A program made the translations under genes and the position numbers. From an uncultured Candidatus Saccharibacteria bacterium (GTDB lineage Bacteria; Patescibacteriota; WWE3; 2-01-FULL-39-13), in assembly GCA_965230915.1 (NCBI GenBank), contig OZ246395.1, positions 664,935-728,934 of the forward strand: a stretch of 64,000 nt of DNA, written 5' to 3'. Numbering within the stretch: the stretch's first letter is position 1; every line of letters begins with the position of its first letter. Below the pieces are notes generated by a model. The model did no database searches. It was not told the origin of the DNA and worked only from the letters and a program-made list of their open reading frames with translations. This document shows positions 1 through 10,685 of the stretch, piece by piece.

Positions 1-281
1 CCAAATTTTAGTAAAGCTGAATAGATTTTGATTGCTATAAACTGACACCATAAAAGTGGAACTCCAGGATGATATGTAACGGCGGTTCCGGCAAAATCTA
101 ACGAGGTTAGGGCAGATCCGAATGCATAACCTCGAGATTTCCATAAAAATGCATCGTTATTTATGAAGTCATACCCCAAAGTTGGAAGTCTATATAGTAA
201 TGTGGCAATAAAGATATAAATTTCAGAGGGAACAGCCTTAAATATGGATAATACCGATTTAATTAGCTTTTTTATAAACAT
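1..281 (-). CDS. 5'-proximal fragment (N-terminus only; gene runs off window start) of a polytopic membrane protein, paralogue of the 10686..12290 GT-C-like protein
   Basis: Own translation of minus strand from ATG at 281..279 gives an open frame to position 1: MFIKKLIKSVLSIFKAVPSEIYIFIATLLYRLPTLGYDFINNDAFLWKSRGYAFGSALTSLDFAGTAVTYHPGVPLLW... It shares a 'NxD..(W/Y)...YHPGV(I/P)L(M/L)' block with the N-terminus of ORF 10686..12290. Not in the ORF track because it runs off the window. Confidence 0.4.
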   Translation of the reverse strand, partial: MFIKKLIKSVLSIFKAVPSEIYIFIATLLYRLPTLGYDFINNDAFLWKSRGYAFGSALTSLDFAGTAVTYHPGVPLLWCQFIAIKIYSALLKF

Positions 282-1740
282 AGATTATTGGGCCTTGCCT
301 AAAGGAGTTTCCGATAGTTTCAATTAGCCTTATTTTATCATTATTTTCGATAGGGGTCTGAACTAGCACAACGTCATTTTCGCCAAGGTCAAAACCATCT
401 TTTGCCTTTTTCATATTTAAATTATTGATAACATCCGCTTCTTGTAAATCTGTTCCTTCTATATATATTTTACCTTTGGCTTCGCGGGTGGCTTCGTAAT
501 ACTCTAAAGCTAAATTTCGTGTATCTCTTCGTAAAAACAATCCTGTACTGTGAAAAGAAAACCACATTAAGACTATTAAAGATAAGAATAAAATCGATTT
601 TATTTTAATCTTATTTAATCCCCATGCACAGACGACGGCCAAAAGCGAATACATTGGTATGAAATAATGTGGGCCAGATCTTGAATAACGCGACATGAAT
701 AAAATAAATCCTAAAATTACTGCCGACATTATAATAATTAAATTTTTTTCTTGAGGTTTTGTGTCTTTATCATATGCTTTAGTTACTGAATATAAAAATA
801 AGACGGCCATTACAAAACCAGTGCTTCCGGCAATATTTCTTAACTGAACAAGAATAGCTGGCACATAATCTGAAAACCCTAGCGGACCTGAATTTTCGAA
901 AAGTTGCCACAAAAATCCCCTTCCATAATCATATGACCAAAAAATATCCCAATCAGTAATAATTTCCGGAGTTGTAGCAAGTAATGTTATAAGCGAAATT
1001 AATCCAAATACTACAAATTTAACAAAAATATTTTTTATAACTTTCGCGTTCAACTGGTTTTCTGATTTTAGTTTAAAGAATACAAATAAAACTAAAATTA
1101 TCGACATTATAATTGCGTTGTATTTAATTCCACTTGAAATACCAAAAAATATTGCAGCTAAAATAATATCTTTATATTTAAGGCTTATCGAAAATTTATA
1201 CGAAAAATAAATTGCCCAAGATAAAAAGAACAAAAGCGAAACATCCGGCGTTGCAACATGCGATAGATAGACATGAAATGGAATAACGGCAAAAAGCGCA
1301 GATGCTATGATTGCCGCCCTGCGTGAAAACATATCTCTCGTCAACAAATATATCGGAATAATAGTTAGTGTTCCTAATAACGCATTTAAAAATCGGCTTA
1401 TCACATAAAAAATAAATGGATCACTCCATAAAACCGGGAACATTCTTTCTAAAAAGCCTTGTAGACCAATTAGCTGTAAAACGGCGCGCGCTTTTATAAA
1501 AACAACATAAAAGAAGTAATTAAAATAAAATGTAAAGTGTGGCCAGTCAAAATGATTTATTTCTGATGTATATCTTAATCCTAATGAACTTCGAACAGTC
1601 GCCGGCTCATCAATATTAAAAACATATGGGTACCCATATGTTATGCCGATAACTCTGAATAAAAACGCAACACCAAGTATTATAAAAAGATATTTATATT
1701 TAATGACTGTAGATTTAATTTTATTTATAGTTTCTGACAT
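259..1740 (-). CDS. GT-C fold membrane glycosyltransferase (ArnT/PMT_2-like, GT39/GT83-type), subfamily A
   Basis: 493 aa with about 11 predicted TM helices. N-terminal loop motif 'NIDEP..VRSSLGL...HFDWPHFTFYFNYF' is shared with ORFs 4668..6209 and 12321..13910. C-terminal soluble ~90 aa domain begins 'RRDTRNLALEYYE'. Confidence 0.6.
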   Translation of the reverse strand: MSETINKIKSTVIKYKYLFIILGVAFLFRVIGITYGYPYVFNIDEPATVRSSLGLRYTSEINHFDWPHFTFYFNYFFYVVFIKARAVLQLIGLQGFLERMFPVLWSDPFIFYVISRFLNALLGTLTIIPIYLLTRDMFSRRAAIIASALFAVIPFHVYLSHVATPDVSLLFFLSWAIYFSYKFSISLKYKDIILAAIFFGISSGIKYNAIIMSIILVLFVFFKLKSENQLNAKVIKNIFVKFVVFGLISLITLLATTPEIITDWDIFWSYDYGRGFLWQLFENSGPLGFSDYVPAILVQLRNIAGSTGFVMAVLFLYSVTKAYDKDTKPQEKNLIIIMSAVILGFILFMSRYSRSGPHYFIPMYSLLAVVCAWGLNKIKIKSILFLSLIVLMWFSFHSTGLFLRRDTRNLALEYYEATREAKGKIYIEGTDLQEADVINNLNMKKAKDGFDLGENDVVLVQTPIENNDKIRLIETIGNSFRQGPIIYVYKKAN

Positions 1741-3145
1741 ACCAATATGCTGTTATAAGACCAAACAAACCAGCAAGAATAATATTATTTATACCAAGAT
1801 AGTAAGCCCCAATAAAGGCAAGAGATATGACTGTAAATTCAACATCGCGTTTTAATAGTGGATAAAACCCGATGGTTTTCTTGATCAGCCAAATATAAGA
1901 GATATATCCGATCAATGCACCAAGTCCCATTCCCAAAGCAAATGCCATTAGCGGATCAATTCTTAATAGATAGAAGGCTACAAAAGTAAACACGAACATG
2001 ATTACAGTTGAAACAACTGCAGTCCACATAATTTTTGTCGGAACAGATAACCCTGACCTTAACAAATTAATATGCGCGTGAGCCCAAAAGCCTAGAACCA
2101 TTGGATCAATAAGCACAAATGCGGCCGAATATTTATCTGAAACCGAACTTTTTCCCATAAAAGAAAATATGTAGTCTGCTATAAAGATAGCTTCGCGTTT
2201 TAGAATTACAAGCATAATGGCAAAAAACATAATAAGGAAGTATGCTTTGGAATTTCCATTTAAAAACGTCTCGTTAAATTTGTCTCGCGACTTCTCATAA
2301 ACACTAGTCATAGATGGCAAAGTCACATCGGTTATAGCATCAGATACAACCATTATTTTTGACGCGATAAGAATTGCAAATGCAAATACTCCCAATATTT
2401 CTTCTGGTACTGTTTTGCCTAAAACAACTAATCCGAGTTTTTCCCATTGAGTTACTAGGATTTTGATCGCATACATATAAAGACCTATTTTGAATACCGC
2501 CTTTATTATCTCTTTTAGCTCCTGCTTGTTTGGAATATCGATATCTTTTCCATAATCAAAAAGCTTAAATGTATATGCCAACAAAATTAAAGTAGATAAT
2601 ACATTATAGATAAGTAACGCATAGTAAAATCCGTTAAAGCCATAGGTAATTACCAAAGGTATATAACATAAAACGCTCAAAAAAGCCGTGGCTACTTGAA
2701 ATATAAATAAAAATCTAAATGCCTTTAATCCTTGAACTACAGAATTTAAAACAGATTGAAGTGCTTGAACAAAAAGTGTAATAGCAAAAATTTGAATAGG
2801 CCAAACAATTTCAGGATGGTGATAAAAGTCATTTCCAATACTTGGCGCAAAAATCAAAAGACCTAATCCAAGTGGCAAAGAAATTCCATATCGCACAGCA
2901 AGAGAACCGATAAAAACTCTAAATGCTTCCTTCTTGTCTTTGGCAGCAGCAATTTCCCTGGTAGAGCCAGATGAAATTCCTAAATTTTGAAAAACTCCTA
3001 CAGATGCTCCAATTGACGCAACAAGATTTACTAAACCATAATCGCCAACAGATAAAACTTTTAAAATGACAAATGATTGAATAAGACCGATTGCGACCGC
3101 AGTAAATCTTGAGATTATAGAAATTAATGACCAGCTTATTTTCAT
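1721..3145 (-). CDS. Wzx-like oligosaccharide/polysaccharide flippase (MOP superfamily polysaccharide biosynthesis protein)
   Basis: 474 aa with about 12-14 TM helices. Glycine-rich N-terminal helices (VGDYGLVNLVASIGASVGVFQNLGISSGSTREIA) are typical of PF01943/PF13440 flippases. Sits inside the glycosyltransferase cluster. Confidence 0.6.
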   Translation of the reverse strand: MKISWSLISIISRFTAVAIGLIQSFVILKVLSVGDYGLVNLVASIGASVGVFQNLGISSGSTREIAAAKDKKEAFRVFIGSLAVRYGISLPLGLGLLIFAPSIGNDFYHHPEIVWPIQIFAITLFVQALQSVLNSVVQGLKAFRFLFIFQVATAFLSVLCYIPLVITYGFNGFYYALLIYNVLSTLILLAYTFKLFDYGKDIDIPNKQELKEIIKAVFKIGLYMYAIKILVTQWEKLGLVVLGKTVPEEILGVFAFAILIASKIMVVSDAITDVTLPSMTSVYEKSRDKFNETFLNGNSKAYFLIMFFAIMLVILKREAIFIADYIFSFMGKSSVSDKYSAAFVLIDPMVLGFWAHAHINLLRSGLSVPTKIMWTAVVSTVIMFVFTFVAFYLLRIDPLMAFALGMGLGALIGYISYIWLIKKTIGFYPLLKRDVEFTVISLAFIGAYYLGINNIILAGLFGLITAYWYVRNYK

Positions 3146-3147
3146 GA

Positions 3148-4644
3148 TTATCTAAATACGTAAACCTTCTTGCCAGATTCAGAAGTATATATTACCTCTT
3201 GAGTAGTTGTATCATACTTATCTATTATTTCTTCCTTTTTGTTGTGGTTTAATTCGCTTTTTAATTCAACGTAATAAACTGGTTTGTTGTCACCGTCTCT
3301 TTCTTTATCCCATTTAACCCAGGTGAAATATTGTTCCTTTAATTTTGGGTCAGCTTCGTAAAACCAAAGCATATAATAAATTGGCTGCGCATTTCCGCCA
3401 TAAACATCTATATTTGCTCCATTTGAATCTTTTCGAATTACTTCAGTAACTTCTCGCATGTAACTAAATGAGTCTACTTCTCGATTAATTGTTAAATATT
3501 GATTCAAATTAATAGCAACAAATCCAAAAATAATTAATAAAGTCGAATACCAATAATTCGTTCTGTATAACCTTGCCAACAAGCTTGAAATATATAAAAC
3601 AATAAGGGGAACAAAAGCTGCTGCAAACCATTTTGAATGCGGCTCTGATGTATCGAACTTAACTACTAATCCGAAAGTTAATAAATATAATACGAGTGTA
3701 AATGCTAGAAGTGTAGAATTATTCCGTTTTCTGAAAAATAAAACTGCTTCATAGAATAAGAAAATTAAAATTAGCCCTGCTATTACCATCGGGATCATAT
3801 CTGTGTTGTTAAAAAGTACGAGTGAAATATTTTTTAATATAGCCGTAAAGAAATTTGTAGTTGCGGTAATAAAGCTAACCTTTTCTTCTCCGCCATTTTT
3901 AAGGTAAGAAAGCAGCTGTTTGATAGTCCACCATGCAAGTTTCTTTTCTTGAATTAAATAAGGCACAACTCCCAAAATTCCATATAAACCCAAGGCTAAC
4001 ACTGTGGATTTTAATTGGAATTTAGGTTTATAGAAAAAATATAAAACTGCAATTGGGATTAATAAGAAAAATCCAGCTGGATGAAGTGCCGTTACAAAAG
4101 ATAAGGCAAAAGCAAACCAAATCAAAATTTTACCTTTGCCAGTTTTTAGCCATTCAGCATATGAATAGAATGCCAAAACCGAAAACGGAAGCATTAAACT
4201 TGGATTAAGCCCTTCTCCACCTTGCCTTATTATATAGAGTGAAAAGCCATAAACTATAGCCGTAATAAAAGCGGCGGCTTTTCCATAGAACTTATAAGCT
4301 ACAAATATTAAAAGTAATAAAGCAATTATATTTGCGATCATGCTGGCTACAGGCGCAGAAATTGGGCTAAAATTGAACAAAAGATAGAAAGGATAGAGCA
4401 TGTAATAGTAAATTGGACTCATAAAGCCCCAAACTACCGAGAAAACAGGCCCGACGAAGATATACTCACCATATTCATGCATTTTAAAACTAACAAGATT
4501 ATCACGAGAATTATCATGCCCGAAGGTTATAAAATCATAAAAACGAGCAAATCGCAGTACAACAGAGAAAAGAATAGTGATAGAAATAGCTAAAAATCGC
4601 CTTGATAGGATGATTTCCGTAAATTTTAATTTCATAAGAGTCAA
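3148..4644 (-). CDS. GT-C fold membrane glycosyltransferase (ArnT/PMT-like), subfamily B
   Basis: 498 aa polytopic membrane protein. First extracytoplasmic loop carries an acidic 'GHDNSRDN' motif (GT-C DxD/DE-like). C-terminal soluble domain is ~110 aa. Confidence 0.5.
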   Translation of the reverse strand: MTLMKLKFTEIILSRRFLAISITILFSVVLRFARFYDFITFGHDNSRDNLVSFKMHEYGEYIFVGPVFSVVWGFMSPIYYYMLYPFYLLFNFSPISAPVASMIANIIALLLLIFVAYKFYGKAAAFITAIVYGFSLYIIRQGGEGLNPSLMLPFSVLAFYSYAEWLKTGKGKILIWFAFALSFVTALHPAGFFLLIPIAVLYFFYKPKFQLKSTVLALGLYGILGVVPYLIQEKKLAWWTIKQLLSYLKNGGEEKVSFITATTNFFTAILKNISLVLFNNTDMIPMVIAGLILIFLFYEAVLFFRKRNNSTLLAFTLVLYLLTFGLVVKFDTSEPHSKWFAAAFVPLIVLYISSLLARLYRTNYWYSTLLIIFGFVAINLNQYLTINREVDSFSYMREVTEVIRKDSNGANIDVYGGNAQPIYYMLWFYEADPKLKEQYFTWVKWDKERDGDNKPVYYVELKSELNHNKKEEIIDKYDTTTQEVIYTSESGKKVYVFR

Positions 4645-4667
4645 TATCAGTTAATTTTAGCACTTTT

Positions 4668-6209
4668 TTGCAACTTAGAGCCTCTATTTTAGCTCTTTTT
4701 CAGCTATACTTTTATATAATGTTTAGAAATCTCCATGTTTCACAATGGTTTTGGGCGGTATTCACGCTGGCCATAATTGCGTTTTTAATAAAAATCCCTG
4801 GGCTAGACTGGGGATTTCCAGGAACATTTCATAATGATGAGAGCAACGTCATTCGCTCCTCGTTAGGAATGAGATTCGGAGATCTAAATCCACATCATTT
4901 TGACTGGCCTTCGTTCTATTTTTATATAAATTACTTTGCATTTTTAGGTTTTATAAAATTACGAATTTTATTGCAAATGCTTTTCACAACAGATGCGATG
5001 AAAGCAACCTTTCCATTTTGGTGGGGTCCTGACCTTCCGTTTTACTATATTTCTAGAATAATTGCTTCAATATTTTTTAGTTTAAATATTGTGGCAATAT
5101 ATTTTTTATCAAGAGAATATAAACTTTCGAATAAATTTTCCTTTTTAGCCTCATTAGTTTTTGCCACCGGATTTTTATCAAACTATTTTTCATTCTACGG
5201 GTTAAATGACACCGCACTAACTTTTTTTATAACTGTATCGGCTTATTTTTGCATAAGGATTTTGAAGTATGGCAATATATCCGATTATATTTGGGCAGCG
5301 GTTTTTGCCGGATTCGCAACCTCAATAAAATATAATGGCGCGATTATGTGCTTGTTAATTTTAATAGCACACTTAATGCGTCAAAAAAAGTTTGATATTT
5401 TTAATAAAAAGTTAATAATTGCAGCGTTTATATCGGTTGCATTCTTCTTTGTTGGAACTCCATATGCACTTTTAGATTGGGAAACATTTAGCCGCACCGA
5501 CAGCGAGCATGGTGCACTATGGCAAATCGAACATATGGGACGTGCATACAACTGGCCATATCATCTTTTGGAAACAGCTCCTACAAATTTCGGCTTTTTG
5601 GCAGTGGCTTTTGGATTTTATTCGATCTACCTAATAGTAAAATCCAAAAACCATGAATACTATTACCTTCTCATTTCTTGGTTAACAATGCTCCTTTATA
5701 TAGGCAGTTGGGGAATTACACGCGAACATTATTCATTACCAATGTTCCCATTCTTTGCATTATTGATTGCTATTAGTATTTATACACTTACAAAAAACAC
5801 AAATAAAAATATTTTTTATATTCTAGTTGCTTGTATTTTGGTACAACCAATAATAAACACTTCCGTCGAAATTTATAAGCGGAGTCATATCGATACAAGG
5901 ATTTCATCTGGTCAATGGATCGAAAAAAATATTCCACAAAGTAGCACAATCATTTCTCTTGAAAACCTAACGGGATATTTTGGAGGGAATTTACCCATAT
6001 TTGATTATCAAAAATATCAGGTTTATAAAATCGAACCCGATACAGAATCGGTTAGGGAAAGTGCAAGTGAAAAATATTTAATAATCGTAGACGACAGGCC
6101 AACTGCAGAATATGAATATTCAAATGACCAATTAATTTATGAAAACGATAATAAATGGACAACTGGGCCGAATATTAAAATTTACAAATTAAATTCTAAT
6201 TTGAAGTAA
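4668..6209 (+). CDS. GT-C fold membrane glycosyltransferase (ArnT/PMT_2-like), subfamily A paralogue
   Basis: 513 aa. N-terminal 'HNDESNVIRSSLGMRFGDLNPHHFDWPSFYFYINYF' motif is near-identical in pattern to ORFs 259..1740 and 12321..13910. C-terminal soluble domain starts 'SHIDTRISSGQW'. Confidence 0.6.
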   Translation: MQLRASILALFQLYFYIMFRNLHVSQWFWAVFTLAIIAFLIKIPGLDWGFPGTFHNDESNVIRSSLGMRFGDLNPHHFDWPSFYFYINYFAFLGFIKLRILLQMLFTTDAMKATFPFWWGPDLPFYYISRIIASIFFSLNIVAIYFLSREYKLSNKFSFLASLVFATGFLSNYFSFYGLNDTALTFFITVSAYFCIRILKYGNISDYIWAAVFAGFATSIKYNGAIMCLLILIAHLMRQKKFDIFNKKLIIAAFISVAFFFVGTPYALLDWETFSRTDSEHGALWQIEHMGRAYNWPYHLLETAPTNFGFLAVAFGFYSIYLIVKSKNHEYYYLLISWLTMLLYIGSWGITREHYSLPMFPFFALLIAISIYTLTKNTNKNIFYILVACILVQPIINTSVEIYKRSHIDTRISSGQWIEKNIPQSSTIISLENLTGYFGGNLPIFDYQKYQVYKIEPDTESVRESASEKYLIIVDDRPTAEYEYSNDQLIYENDNKWTTGPNIKIYKLNSNLK

Positions 6210-8277
6210 CTTCAATCGTTCCGAGGTAAATATCTGACGCATCTAATAAGTCACCCATTCCCCAATAGACGTTATATTTGCCTTCCTTTAGCGTATTTAA
6301 TTTCGGGTAAATAGTCTCTTTAACATATTGATTTTGCTCGGCCTTATCTAGACTTTCACCAAACCCAACTGAAGCGTAATCAACAAATTGCAATTTATTA
6401 TCTTTATTGCCTTCTTCTTCAAAGATCCAATAAGTAACTTTGTCTTTAAATGTTCCACTTAATATCGCGGCTGCAGTTACAAAAGGCTCGGGATCATTTT
6501 TATTTATCACTTTTGGCATATCAATTAATTTAAAATCCATAGAAATCTTTTTAGTTTCAACTGGAATGCTTTCGTATTGTGCAACTTCTGACATATCTAC
6601 AAATTCAGCAGTATCTCGATTCACACCCTCGACAAATGCCGATACCTTTCCACAACTATATATGTGTTCATATTTATCCATAGCGTTCATTCGGCGCAAA
6701 CCTTCCTTGTTAAATATCCAGCCTGAATCCCCGAAAGCACCCAAAGTTTTTGCTTCAAATAAATCGGCGATAACCATATCTGCATCCCAATACCTTGACG
6801 GGAACAATGCGTTAACTCTTCTTAATGATGACTGCGCTCCTAAGTAATCTGGACCCGTATAAATTTCAGGGTTGCGTTCATTTGTAAGTCTAGTCATCTC
6901 TTCTAAACATTCATTGTAATTACGTGGAACTCTAGAAATTCGTTTCTGGCCAAATGACTCTTCAGCTGCAAAAACCTTACTAATAATTTTGCCTTCAATA
7001 AAACTTCTACCTGAAACATATAGAGGATTATTAGTTATATGTGAAAAATACAGATTCGAAATTAAAATTGCCCCCGAAATTACAATAAAAATACTGGTCA
7101 TATATTTCAAATTTGGAAATTTCTTCATCTGTATATATCTTAAGAACTGAAATAAATACACAAGTGACAAAAATAAGCTCACAATAACAAAAGCTATGCG
7201 GTGATTCGAAATATCAAAAATTTCTTCTTCACTCAGAACAACTATTGCTAAATCCGGAATAGACATCAACCACACCGGAGAAAATGCAACTACATATCCA
7301 AGCGGCCCGAATAAATTATTTAAAGCTTCAACTTTTTGCTCGTTAAAAGTTTTTTTGTAAACTAAACCTGGTTTTAAAATTACATTCATTGCAATTTCAC
7401 CATAAGAATTGCCTAAATATGCATATCTATTTAAAAAGAAATTTTCACCGGAAATATTAGCGGCTTCTGTAGTGCTTACCCCAACTTGTTCAAAAAACGT
7501 ATTTACACTTTCGGTTCTGTAGTGCGAATAATGTGGAATAAAAACTAAAAAGCATAAAAGTGTCCATGTTAATCCGATTATAAAAGTTTTTATAGCTAAG
7601 GATTTATTTTTAAAATATAAAAATACAGACCCCAATGCTAATAATGCGCCAATTTCTTCTTTTCCGGCTAACATTAAAACAATTAAAGTCCAATATATAA
7701 TGTTTTGTTTCAAGGTGGCTTTTGACAAGAAATTATTTCTTTCTAAATACCAAACGAGCCAAATCAAAAGTGGAGCGACAAATGATATTCCATGAAACCC
7801 AGTCCAAACTAGAGTAAAACCATTAGCAGGATACATTACATATGAAAGCACAATTAAGTATGCTGCGATATTTGATTTAGTTTTCCAGCGAATTAAAGCA
7901 AATAGCGGATATATTGCTGATAAAATTATAAGCTGTTGCCCTAAAACCAAAACCATCGGGTCTGCATAAAACCAATAAATTGGAGCAAAAATTGCAATAA
8001 TCGGATCAATGTGACTCATTCCCCAGCGAGGCATATTTGTACCAAATTGATCAGTTACTTCCATAAAATTGCCATGAGCTGTATTCCAAACCATTTGAGA
8101 CATATTACCCAAGTCAAATTTTCCATATTCATAGTTTTCATAGCGCTTATTTGCAAGAATAAAAGAATAAACAGAAGCTACTATAAATATTAAAGTAAGA
8201 ATTATAATATGAGTTTTTTTACCAAATTGCAGAATTTTCATATATATATTGTTAAAAATTCCAGCTATGCGAAGCAT
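6196..8277 (-). CDS. DUF2079-family integral membrane protein with large C-terminal extracytoplasmic domain
   Basis: 693 aa. N-terminal 'GKFDLGNMSQMVWNTAHG' matches the DUF2079 signature (DLG..xQ..W). About 10 TM helices are followed by a ~270 aa soluble domain. DUF2079 proteins are typically linked to glycosyltransferase loci. Confidence 0.45.
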   Translation of the reverse strand: MLRIAGIFNNIYMKILQFGKKTHIIILTLIFIVASVYSFILANKRYENYEYGKFDLGNMSQMVWNTAHGNFMEVTDQFGTNMPRWGMSHIDPIIAIFAPIYWFYADPMVLVLGQQLIILSAIYPLFALIRWKTKSNIAAYLIVLSYVMYPANGFTLVWTGFHGISFVAPLLIWLVWYLERNNFLSKATLKQNIIYWTLIVLMLAGKEEIGALLALGSVFLYFKNKSLAIKTFIIGLTWTLLCFLVFIPHYSHYRTESVNTFFEQVGVSTTEAANISGENFFLNRYAYLGNSYGEIAMNVILKPGLVYKKTFNEQKVEALNNLFGPLGYVVAFSPVWLMSIPDLAIVVLSEEEIFDISNHRIAFVIVSLFLSLVYLFQFLRYIQMKKFPNLKYMTSIFIVISGAILISNLYFSHITNNPLYVSGRSFIEGKIISKVFAAEESFGQKRISRVPRNYNECLEEMTRLTNERNPEIYTGPDYLGAQSSLRRVNALFPSRYWDADMVIADLFEAKTLGAFGDSGWIFNKEGLRRMNAMDKYEHIYSCGKVSAFVEGVNRDTAEFVDMSEVAQYESIPVETKKISMDFKLIDMPKVINKNDPEPFVTAAAILSGTFKDKVTYWIFEEEGNKDNKLQFVDYASVGFGESLDKAEQNQYVKETIYPKLNTLKEGKYNVYWGMGDLLDASDIYLGTIEVTSN

Positions 8278-8289
8278 AGCGCTTAATTT

Positions 8290-8988
8290 TCATTCGTGAA
8301 ATCTGTATTTTACTAAAGTCCAAATTGCCTCCGCTCCATCTTGAAGAGCCTTTAGCTTTTTACCGGCATTTGTTGTTCTTGGAAAATAACTAATTGGAAT
8401 ATGATGAATTTTATATCCTTTTTTGCGGGCTTTTGCTGTGACTTCTGGGCAAAATTCAAAGCGTTTGCATTCTAGTTTTATATTTTTTAGAATTTCGGTT
8501 TTAAACATTTTGTAACAAGTGGCTTCATCTGGAATATATTCTCCATATAATAGGCTTGCTACAAGCGGCAAAATAACATTATTGCCTAAGAAATTCTTCC
8601 AATCCATTCCTTCATAAAATCTTTTGGTTGCAAAACGATTTCCATAAACGACATCAGCATCATTTTCTAAAGCGTAATTAAGCATCTTAACCAAATCTTG
8701 TGGGTCATACTCAAAATCAGCATCTTGTACAACAGTATAATCACCGGTTACGTGCTTAAATCCTTCTCGAAGGGCTGTACCTTTTCCACCATTTTTTTCC
8801 ATTAAAATAACTTTAGAGGAATTCCCTACGTCGTCATATTTCTTAAGAACTTCACGCGTCCCATCCGTAGAACCGTCATCGACAATGATAATTTCTTTAT
8901 CAATATCAAGCTTTTCTATTGTTTTTAGCACTTCCAAAACGGAAGACACCTCATTATAAACTGGTATAACGATTGATAATTTAGCCAT
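8290..8988 (-). CDS. GT2 polyprenyl-phosphate sugar synthase (dolichol-phosphate mannosyltransferase/DPM1-like)
   Basis: 232 aa. 'LSIVIPVYNE...IIIVDDGSTDGT' GT2 DxD/DGS motifs with the short DPM1/Ppm1-like architecture. Would supply the lipid-linked monosaccharide donor used by GT-C enzymes. Confidence 0.7.
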   Translation of the reverse strand: MAKLSIVIPVYNEVSSVLEVLKTIEKLDIDKEIIIVDDGSTDGTREVLKKYDDVGNSSKVILMEKNGGKGTALREGFKHVTGDYTVVQDADFEYDPQDLVKMLNYALENDADVVYGNRFATKRFYEGMDWKNFLGNNVILPLVASLLYGEYIPDEATCYKMFKTEILKNIKLECKRFEFCPEVTAKARKKGYKIHHIPISYFPRTTNAGKKLKALQDGAEAIWTLVKYRFHE

Positions 8989-8991
8989 ATT

Positions 8992-10653
8992 TTAATTTAC
9001 TTTATAAATTTTTGTTGTAAAAACGGTATAGTCACTATCATCTAATATATTGAGCTTATCCGCAACTATATCTAAAGGATCGCGGATAGGTTGGCGATAA
9101 ACATACAAAAGGTCAAACCTTGGATCAGCTTTAGGATCAACAAACATACTCTCACGATTAAATTCATCTGTCCAAAGAAGATATGAAGCATTATTAGCCT
9201 TTAATAATCTGTATTGCTCGTCTAAATCTCGCATACTATTTTTGCGATCTAAATAAAACCCTTTTGATCTTAAATACCATTCGGTATTTCCTGTTTCATC
9301 TGAATAGGCAGTAATTCCATCAAGAGGAGCAACAAACTCAATTCCCTTCATTACTGATTCATAAATTCGACTTTGGTTGTAAATAATTACCGAGACAATA
9401 ATAATATTTAATCCCAATAAAGTTGTAATAAGGTATTTCTTGGAAACTTTAATAAGCGGAAGAATTATCAGAATAACGCTTACTAGTAAAATTAATACAA
9501 AAAGCAGTTTCGACGCGCCTAGAAAATATAATTTTTGTGAATATTGCAGATAAGCAAATAGACCAAGTACAAAAATATTAATTAATACAAATTTTCTCAC
9601 GTCGATTTTTTTGCGATCGAAAATTTCAATTCCATGTAAAAGAAGAAATGATAGAAATGGAATCACTGCCATATAAATTCTCGGCAATGATGGGGTCCAA
9701 ATAAATCCGATAAGAAATTCCTGAAGTATGAAAAGCGCAACTGGAATTAAAAATAAATTGGGCTTACCCTGATTCATTTTTTTAAATGCGTGAAAAATAA
9801 AATATACAGTAATTGGAATCACTAATATAAAAAGTGTGTAGGTTAAAAAATATTCAAATCTAGCAAAATTGAAAACGAAAGTTTCAACCTCATCTAAATA
9901 ATCATTATTTACAGGGCCTTCATATAAAACTTTTGCGTAAAGCGTCCATGGCACATAAACTAAAATCTGCGGGGTAAAAAATACTAATACGCTTCTAAAA
10001 TTTTTACCGAGATTGCTTATCAAATCCTTTATCTTAAATGAAAACTTTTTTGTATCTATTTTGTAGATTAGAAAGAATAGTCCGGTGGCACTTGCAACAA
10101 AAACTCCTTCGAGGCGGGTCATTGTTACTGCTAATAAAAGGCCAGATAGCCAATACTCTTTAGATTGATAATTCTTTTCTGAATACACACTTGGGAAATA
10201 ATAGAAGAACAGTAAAACCATAAAAGCAAAAAGTGGATCTGCCATTACGCGAATGCTCCAGTATCCAAATACCGAAGAAGTTATTGCAAAAATTACAGCT
10301 AAAAGCGCATATTTCTTATTTTCTGAAATAAATTTAAGATAAGTTGCATAAATTAGGACGATCGTTCCAGCCGAAATTATAATAGATAAAATTCTTCCCC
10401 AAAAAACTGGCGCATTCATTAAAATGCCAGGAACTAACAAAACCGAATAAAAGGGCCAACGTTTTTCATCCCATGGCCAAGAAAAATGAGAAATATAATC
10501 GGCTGCACGAATCATTCTGAATGTATCTCCCCATTCGGTGTAATTTATGTTAATAAGAAGAATCCTTACAAGAATATAGGCACCAAGAAGTATAAATAGG
10601 CTCAAATTAGCGCGTACCAGCTTGTTAATTTTATTCATATATTCGATAGTCAT
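8992..10653 (-). CDS. GT-C fold membrane glycosyltransferase-like polytopic membrane protein, subfamily C
   Basis: 553 aa with more than 12 TM helices. Short acidic loop 'EWGDTFRMIRAADY'. C-terminal soluble ~130 aa domain (DGITAYSDETGNTEWYLRSKGF...). Confidence 0.45.
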   Translation of the reverse strand: MTIEYMNKINKLVRANLSLFILLGAYILVRILLININYTEWGDTFRMIRAADYISHFSWPWDEKRWPFYSVLLVPGILMNAPVFWGRILSIIISAGTIVLIYATYLKFISENKKYALLAVIFAITSSVFGYWSIRVMADPLFAFMVLLFFYYFPSVYSEKNYQSKEYWLSGLLLAVTMTRLEGVFVASATGLFFLIYKIDTKKFSFKIKDLISNLGKNFRSVLVFFTPQILVYVPWTLYAKVLYEGPVNNDYLDEVETFVFNFARFEYFLTYTLFILVIPITVYFIFHAFKKMNQGKPNLFLIPVALFILQEFLIGFIWTPSLPRIYMAVIPFLSFLLLHGIEIFDRKKIDVRKFVLINIFVLGLFAYLQYSQKLYFLGASKLLFVLILLVSVILIILPLIKVSKKYLITTLLGLNIIIVSVIIYNQSRIYESVMKGIEFVAPLDGITAYSDETGNTEWYLRSKGFYLDRKNSMRDLDEQYRLLKANNASYLLWTDEFNRESMFVDPKADPRFDLLYVYRQPIRDPLDIVADKLNILDDSDYTVFTTKIYKVN

Positions 10654-10685
10654 TTTGCTGTGCTATCGCTATAATCTTATCATTA

